From positions 22,584-86,583 of the forward strand of contig CANRAE010000001.1 in NCBI GenBank assembly GCA_947628525.1: DNA of 64,000 nucleotides, written 5' to 3'. The DNA is from an uncultured Bacilli bacterium. Lineage in GTDB: Bacteria; Bacillota_I; Bacilli_A; RF39; UBA660. The translations under genes were made by a program, and so were the position numbers. How positions within the stretch are numbered: position 1 is the stretch's first letter; each line of letters opens with the position of its first letter. Under the pieces are notes generated by a model. It saw only the letters and a list, made by a program, of their open reading frames with translations, had not been told where the DNA came from and ran no database searches. This document shows positions 58,735 to 64,000 of this stretch, piece after piece.

Positions 58735-60150
58735 CTATTTCATTAACTCTTCTTGTAATATTTTATTAACTAATAATGGATCAGCACTACCCTTAGTTTC
58801 TTTCATAACCTGCCCTACAAAATATTTGAAAAGCCTATCATTACCATTTTTATATGCTAAAACATTATCCTGATTACTATTTATTATATTCTGAATAATC
58901 GCTTTTAAGTCATCTTCCTCTAATTTAGTAATACCATGACGCTGTAATAAAGTATTAATATCATCATTACTTTCAAATAGATCATTAATTATTTCTTTAA
59001 ACATTTTACTAGACATATCACCTTGATCCAACATATTAACAACCTGAATAAATTTATCTTCATTAAAACAAGTATCATCCATAGTAACATTATTTTTGTT
59101 AATATAATTGGCAATATCACCTAATAATAAATTACTAGCAATAACTAAATTAATATGTTTATCTAAATAACGATTAAGATAATCAGAGATAGTTCTATTC
59201 TGCAATATTTTATTAACATTAATTTCACTTATACCATTTTTTAAATAAATATCTCTTCTTTCACTAAATAACATTGGCATATCTTTAACAACTTTTTCAA
59301 TATAATCATCAGTAAGTACAACAAAAGGAATATCCGCCTCAGGAAAATAACGATAATCATTACCAGTTTCTTTAACACGCATTAAAACGGTTCGATTGCC
59401 TTTTTCATCAAATCTTCGAGTCTCTTCATGTAAAGTATTACCACCTTCTAACAGTTCAATTTGACGTTTTGTTTCCATGTCAACTGCCAATCCTACATTA
59501 CTGATAGATCCTATATTTTTTATTTCTATTTTGGTACCTAATTCGGAAGTTTTACTTACTGATACATTGACATCACAACGCATACTTCCTTCTTCTATTT
59601 TACAGTCAGAAATATCAGCATAAAGTAATAATTCACGTAATTTTTCTAAATATAAAACCGCTTCTTTGCCACTAGCAATATCTGGTTTAGTAACTATTTC
59701 TATTAAAGGAACCCCCGCCCTATTAAAATCTAATAATGAACTATTATTATAGTGAATGCTTTTACAAGTATCTTCCTCAATATGAATATCATGGATACCT
59801 ATTTTTTTCTTTGTACCATTAATTTCAATTTCTACATAGCCATCAACACCAATAGGAGTTCTTGCTTGTGTTATTTGATAGCCTTTTGGTAAATCAGGAT
59901 AAAAATAATTTTTACGATCAAAATGCATTCTCTTATTTATTTGACAATTTAAAATATAAGCTGCTTTAATAGCTTTTTTTATTACTTCTTCATTTAATGT
60001 AGGCAAAGTTCCTGGATAACCAAGATCAATAACATTAACATGAGTATTAGCCATGTTAGCATAGCCATTACAAGAAGATGAAAAAATTTTAGTGTTAGTC
60101 TTTAATTCAGCATGAACTTCTATTCCTACTGTTGTTTTATAATCATCCAT
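58735..60150 (-). CDS. gatB: Asp/Glu-tRNA(Asn/Gln) amidotransferase subunit B
   Basis: GIEVHAELKTNTKIFS...NRAGVPLIEIV and a C-terminal YqeY-like tail. Confidence 0.95.
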   Translation of the reverse strand: MDDYKTTVGIEVHAELKTNTKIFSSSCNGYANMANTHVNVIDLGYPGTLPTLNEEVIKKAIKAAYILNCQINKRMHFDRKNYFYPDLPKGYQITQARTPIGVDGYVEIEINGTKKKIGIHDIHIEEDTCKSIHYNNSSLLDFNRAGVPLIEIVTKPDIASGKEAVLYLEKLRELLLYADISDCKIEEGSMRCDVNVSVSKTSELGTKIEIKNIGSISNVGLAVDMETKRQIELLEGGNTLHEETRRFDEKGNRTVLMRVKETGNDYRYFPEADIPFVVLTDDYIEKVVKDMPMLFSERRDIYLKNGISEINVNKILQNRTISDYLNRYLDKHINLVIASNLLLGDIANYINKNNVTMDDTCFNEDKFIQVVNMLDQGDMSSKMFKEIINDLFESNDDINTLLQRHGITKLEEDDLKAIIQNIINSNQDNVLAYKNGNDRLFKYFVGQVMKETKGSADPLLVNKILQEELMK

Positions 60151-61601
60151 TATTTCACCTCTTTTGGTATTAAATCTAAATTTAATTCTTTTTCAATAAA
60201 AGCTGCTAATTGATACATTTTAGCTTCTTCAAAACTATTACCTATAATTTGTAACCCAATTGGTAAATGATCTTTGTTAAAACCAATGGGAACATTCATA
60301 CCAGGAAGTCCAGCCATATTGACAGGAATTACTAAAACATCATCTAAAAAAGTTTGTGATGGATTATCTAAATTTTCATCAATACCATAGGCCACAGTAG
60401 TTGTATTTGGTCCTATGATCAAATCATATTTTTCAAAAGCTTTTTGGAAACTTTTCCTAATATCATCGCGAATTTGTAAAGCTTTATTATAATAAGTAAT
60501 AGCATTCTTTCCACTCAATAAATAAGAACCTACCATTATTCTTCTTTTAACCTCATCACCAAAGCCTTCTTGTCTTGTCCTCTTATACAAGTCATCAACG
60601 CTCTTAGGATCTTGACATGAATAACCATAACGTACACCATCAAATCTTGCTAAATTACTGCTTGCTTCCCCCATAGCAATTATTTGATATAAAGTAACAG
60701 CATTTTCAATATAATCAATATCAATATAATCAATACTAGCACCATTTTCTTGCAACATCTTTTTAATATTTTCAACTTTTTGTTTTATTTCTTGATCGAC
60801 AATATCACTCATAAAAAACTTAGGAATCGCTATTTTCATACCAGCTATGTTTTGGCCAATTAAACGGGTATAATCTTCAACTTCTTTAAATGATGAAGTT
60901 AAATCATTTTGATCATGTCCACTGATAGCATTAAGTAATAAAGCATTATCGTAAACATTTCTAGTCATAGGTCCTATTTGATCTAGACTAGATGCAAAAG
61001 CTACTAATCCATAACGTGATACTCTTCCATAAGTTGGCTTCATTCCAACAATGCCACAATAACTTGATGGTTGACGAATAGATCCACCAGTATCACTACC
61101 AAGAGCCAAAGGAACTAATCTAGCTGCAACACATGATGCACTTCCACCTGATGAACCACCAGCAATCTTCTTTTTATTCCAAGGATTACGAGGAACGCCA
61201 AAATAACTAGTTCTACTAGTTGATCCCATAGCAAATTCATCCATATTACATTTACCAATAATAATCATATTTTTTTCTAATATTTTTTCAACAACAGTAG
61301 CATTATATATAGGAATAAAATTTTCTAAAATATGGGATGCACACGTCGTTTTTAAATCCTTAGTAATAATGTTATCTTTAATAGCAATCGGTATACCAAA
61401 AAGGAGGTTATCAACTTCTTTATTCTCTAATTGACGAGCTTGTTCTAAGGCCTTTTCTTTATTCAAAGTAATAAATGCATTTAAATCACTGTTATTTTCA
61501 ATTCGTTCAAACGCTTCCATCACTAAATCAATTGGTTTTATTGCTTTTTTCTTTAATAATTCATTAATTTGCTTAATTTCTAAATCTAAATATTTACTCA
61601 T
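60150..61601 (-). CDS. gatA: Glu-tRNA(Gln) amidotransferase subunit A
   Basis: Amidase signature GGSSGGSASCVAA...GSDTGGSIRQP. Confidence 0.95.
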   Translation of the reverse strand: MSKYLDLEIKQINELLKKKAIKPIDLVMEAFERIENNSDLNAFITLNKEKALEQARQLENKEVDNLLFGIPIAIKDNIITKDLKTTCASHILENFIPIYNATVVEKILEKNMIIIGKCNMDEFAMGSTSRTSYFGVPRNPWNKKKIAGGSSGGSASCVAARLVPLALGSDTGGSIRQPSSYCGIVGMKPTYGRVSRYGLVAFASSLDQIGPMTRNVYDNALLLNAISGHDQNDLTSSFKEVEDYTRLIGQNIAGMKIAIPKFFMSDIVDQEIKQKVENIKKMLQENGASIDYIDIDYIENAVTLYQIIAMGEASSNLARFDGVRYGYSCQDPKSVDDLYKRTRQEGFGDEVKRRIMVGSYLLSGKNAITYYNKALQIRDDIRKSFQKAFEKYDLIIGPNTTTVAYGIDENLDNPSQTFLDDVLVIPVNMAGLPGMNVPIGFNKDHLPIGLQIIGNSFEEAKMYQLAAFIEKELNLDLIPKEVK

Positions 61602-61887
61602 TTAACATCACCGGTACTTCCACAAAATTGCCATTAGAATGTGGGACATTCTTCATTATTGTATCTTGATCTAACATTTCACCACATTCATCTGGTCTCA
61701 ATTGGGCATCATGATCATGTGGAGCAATTAATAAATCTTCATCATAATTTTTTACATCTTTAATCTTATCAACATCATCTAATAATTTTTTTAATTCTAT
61801 TTGATATTTTTCTATTTCTATATCACTAACCCCAATTCGTGCTAGATTAGCAACATGTAAAACTTCTTCTTTGGTCAATTTTTCCAT
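61594..61887 (-). CDS. gatC: Asp/Glu-tRNA amidotransferase subunit C
   Basis: 97 aa with VLHVANLARIGVSDIE. It overlaps gatA by 8 nt. Confidence 0.9.
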   Translation of the reverse strand: MEKLTKEEVLHVANLARIGVSDIEIEKYQIELKKLLDDVDKIKDVKNYDEDLLIAPHDHDAQLRPDECGEMLDQDTIMKNVPHSNGNFVEVPVMLNE

Positions 61888-61973
61888 TTAAATTCCTCCA
61901 ATACTTAATATATTATAGCAAAAATACTGCAACTTGAATATAAAAAGATGAATCATTTATCGTTTTGTGATAA

Positions 61974-62011
61974 TAAAAAAGCGACACAAGGTAATTCATA
62001 TTTGTCGCTTT
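61974..62011 (-). terminator. Rho-independent terminator after the desulfoferrodoxin gene
   Basis: Stem AAAGCGACA / TGTCGCTTT with a 16-nt loop. A T run follows on the minus strand. Confidence 0.55.
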
Positions 62012-62017
62012 GCATTT

Positions 62018-62380
62018 TTAATTAACTTTTCTTTCCCATAATCCATGCTTATTGCAATAAGAATATAAGGTAGCTCCTTTTATATAAGGAAAAACAATCT
62101 CTTCTTTTTTCTTATTTAAACGATGTACAATTTCAATAGTATCATTTTCTAATGCGACCCAAGCAATATAATGCTCGTCTTCCATAACGTGATCTACGGA
62201 TACTTTTATTTTATCGCCAACCACTTTATAATTAGGCAGATGTTTTTCTTTTGCTCCCTCACTGGAATTAGCTATAACATCTTGCATTGGTTCACCACAA
62301 CAAGTAAAACCACACTTACAATGACAGTCTTTTTCAACTTTAACTATTGCTCCACAATTTTTACATTCTTTTAATAACAT
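62018..62380 (-). CDS. dfx: Desulfoferrodoxin-type superoxide reductase
   Basis: N-terminal desulforedoxin-like CKNCG...CCGEPM, centre II ligands EKHLP and HVMEDEHYIAW, and C-terminal YCNKHGLW. Confidence 0.85.
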   Translation of the reverse strand: MLLKECKNCGAIVKVEKDCHCKCGFTCCGEPMQDVIANSSEGAKEKHLPNYKVVGDKIKVSVDHVMEDEHYIAWVALENDTIEIVHRLNKKKEEIVFPYIKGATLYSYCNKHGLWERKVN

Positions 62381-62387
62381 AATTATC

Positions 62388-63989
62388 TCACCTTTCTATT
62401 TTTATTATTTCAATAACATTACTTTCGTTTCTATATCCAATAGACATTTTTGATCCAGGTGTTACAAACGGTAAATAATCTTCGCCAACCTTTATCGATG
62501 CTTTATATTTTTGACCATCAACATCGACAAAATAATAATAAGTATTACCATCTATAATCGAAGTAGATATGCTACTAATTGTTATTTCTTTAGTTATTAT
62601 TTCATTAGAATCAACAACAGGATTTGTAATTAAATAATTTCTAGCTGCCTCATTGATTCCTTTAGCAGAATCTGTTACTACAACCCTTTGATAATTTTGA
62701 ACATCTACAAAAGCATACATTTTTACAAGGCCTGCATTATCTTTTAACGAAATCAAATAAGTAGGTTTGCCTTGTAAATTGATTAATAATGGAAAAGTAG
62801 ATGTATAATTCATTTGTTGTACTTGACCTTTGGCACTTTCCATAGCAGAGTACTCTTCGGCACCAGGAACTTGATAATAAACCGTATCCTTAGTTCTCAT
62901 ATTACAAAGAATAAATCCTAAATTTGATTCATCACTAGCTACTGAAGTAATACCAGTATATAAATATACATCATCATCCATAGTTAAATAGTTATAACCA
63001 TCGGTAGTAACTACTACGTCTTTCTGACCAAATATAGAATTAAGAAAGCCATTTTTATAGGTTCCCCAATCATCAACTTGTTCCAAAATTAATGAAGCAT
63101 CATATACATGATCTACCCAAGTAGGGATATCATTAACATTATATTTTTTGCTTTTACCTGTCACAGGATCTAATATTATAACACCTGTTATTTCTTTTTT
63201 TAAACCAACACCAGAATATTTCACTGTCTGTACAATCCAATAAGGTTTGCCATCATTATCTAACTCGAAATTTGCTTCACCAAATATTTCTGTTGGATAG
63301 TTAAATCTAAGTTTTCGTCTCAAATCTTCGTTAAATAAAGCTGAAGGCATATATTTCATTCCTTTTTCCAATTTAACAAGTTCACTTTTGCCGTTTACCG
63401 AATTAACAATAATATACCCTTTTACACCATCTTTATGATTAGTAAAATATTTGATAAAACTATAATATTCCAAAGGTGTTACTCTTACTACTTCATTATT
63501 ATAATTAATCTGTGTGTATAAACTAGAAACATAGAATTGAGAAACCAAATCAGTCATCTCACCCATTACTCTATCACCAAGCTTACTACTTGAATCTTTA
63601 TCTAATAAGGGAATAGTATTAAAATCCACTTCTTTTACATCGGTATTAAAATTTCCATTTTCATTTATAGTCATTCTTTTAGCATAACTACTTGATCTAA
63701 ACAAAGGAGATAAAAATATATTAATAACAAAAATAATAATGAAAATTGTCGCTACTAATAAATATCCCGTTTTCCAAAAATTAGAATAAGAGCGTTTTTT
63801 TAAATTTCCTGTTTTATAGTCAATAGATATTAATAACTTACCAATCGAAATAAACATAATTATTGCAAAAAGGTAAAGCCAAAAACCAGGACTATGAATA
63901 TTAATAGCTGGTAAAGTTAAATAATAACTAATACCTATGAACATCAATACACAAATTACATAAATAATAAGCAATTTTTTATTTCTCAT
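62388..63989 (-). CDS. Membrane protein with three N-terminal TM helices and a ~430-aa extracytoplasmic domain, unknown function
   Basis: Topology is read from hydrophobic segments. No family recognised. Confidence 0.55.
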   Translation of the reverse strand: MRNKKLLIIYVICVLMFIGISYYLTLPAINIHSPGFWLYLFAIIMFISIGKLLISIDYKTGNLKKRSYSNFWKTGYLLVATIFIIIFVINIFLSPLFRSSSYAKRMTINENGNFNTDVKEVDFNTIPLLDKDSSSKLGDRVMGEMTDLVSQFYVSSLYTQINYNNEVVRVTPLEYYSFIKYFTNHKDGVKGYIIVNSVNGKSELVKLEKGMKYMPSALFNEDLRRKLRFNYPTEIFGEANFELDNDGKPYWIVQTVKYSGVGLKKEITGVIILDPVTGKSKKYNVNDIPTWVDHVYDASLILEQVDDWGTYKNGFLNSIFGQKDVVVTTDGYNYLTMDDDVYLYTGITSVASDESNLGFILCNMRTKDTVYYQVPGAEEYSAMESAKGQVQQMNYTSTFPLLINLQGKPTYLISLKDNAGLVKMYAFVDVQNYQRVVVTDSAKGINEAARNYLITNPVVDSNEIITKEITISSISTSIIDGNTYYYFVDVDGQKYKASIKVGEDYLPFVTPGSKMSIGYRNESNVIEIIKIER

Positions 63990-64000
63990 ATTTTGATCAC

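Noticed and set aside
1-64000. Alternative genetic code (UGA = Trp, Mollicutes-like), considered because of the very low GC
   Set aside because: Long ORFs are intact under the standard code, and TGA terminates well-defined genes such as the rhodanese gene at 11661-11663 and recU at 31257-31259.

Overview
This is a very AT-rich chromosomal segment, roughly 27-28% GC by eye. It comes from a low-GC, spore-forming Firmicute that uses the standard genetic code (TGA is used as a stop). It is almost wall-to-wall coding, mostly on the minus strand. Gene order resembles Bacillus in several blocks: rodZ-like/pgsA/recA/rny, gpsB next to RNase P RNA, recU-ponA, dnaD-nth, hup...spoIVA...der, engB, and gatCAB. 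Sporulation markers are present: spoIVA, a SpoVIF-like gene, an alpha/beta SASP and two tiny YjcZ-like peptides. I found no tRNA or rRNA genes, CRISPR arrays, transposases, integrases, prophage blocks or recognisable defence systems. The only RNA gene I can support is a compact RNase P RNA at about 29700-30056 on the minus strand. The non-housekeeping content is mainly cell-envelope biology, in five parts. (1) A GT2 / GtrA-fused polytopic protein / GtrB-like module lies at 1018-5817. (2) A split Alg14/Alg13-type glycosyltransferase plus an O-antigen-ligase-like::GT4 fusion lies at 14831-18279. (3) A dockerin-bearing GH73-like wall hydrolase sits next to a membrane-anchored protein with a cohesin-like module at 18478-22125. 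(4) An orphan surface protein at 23977-25638 combines a TasA-like N-terminus with a phage-fibre-like C-terminal half. (5) There are two FemAB paralogues and an LtaS gene. Several tandem paralogue pairs of unknown function (45190-46564, 53268-55268) and a sensor with a degenerate GGDEF motif (DGNEF) are also worth a look. All family assignments rest on motifs read from the translations and on my memory of those families. No database search was possible.
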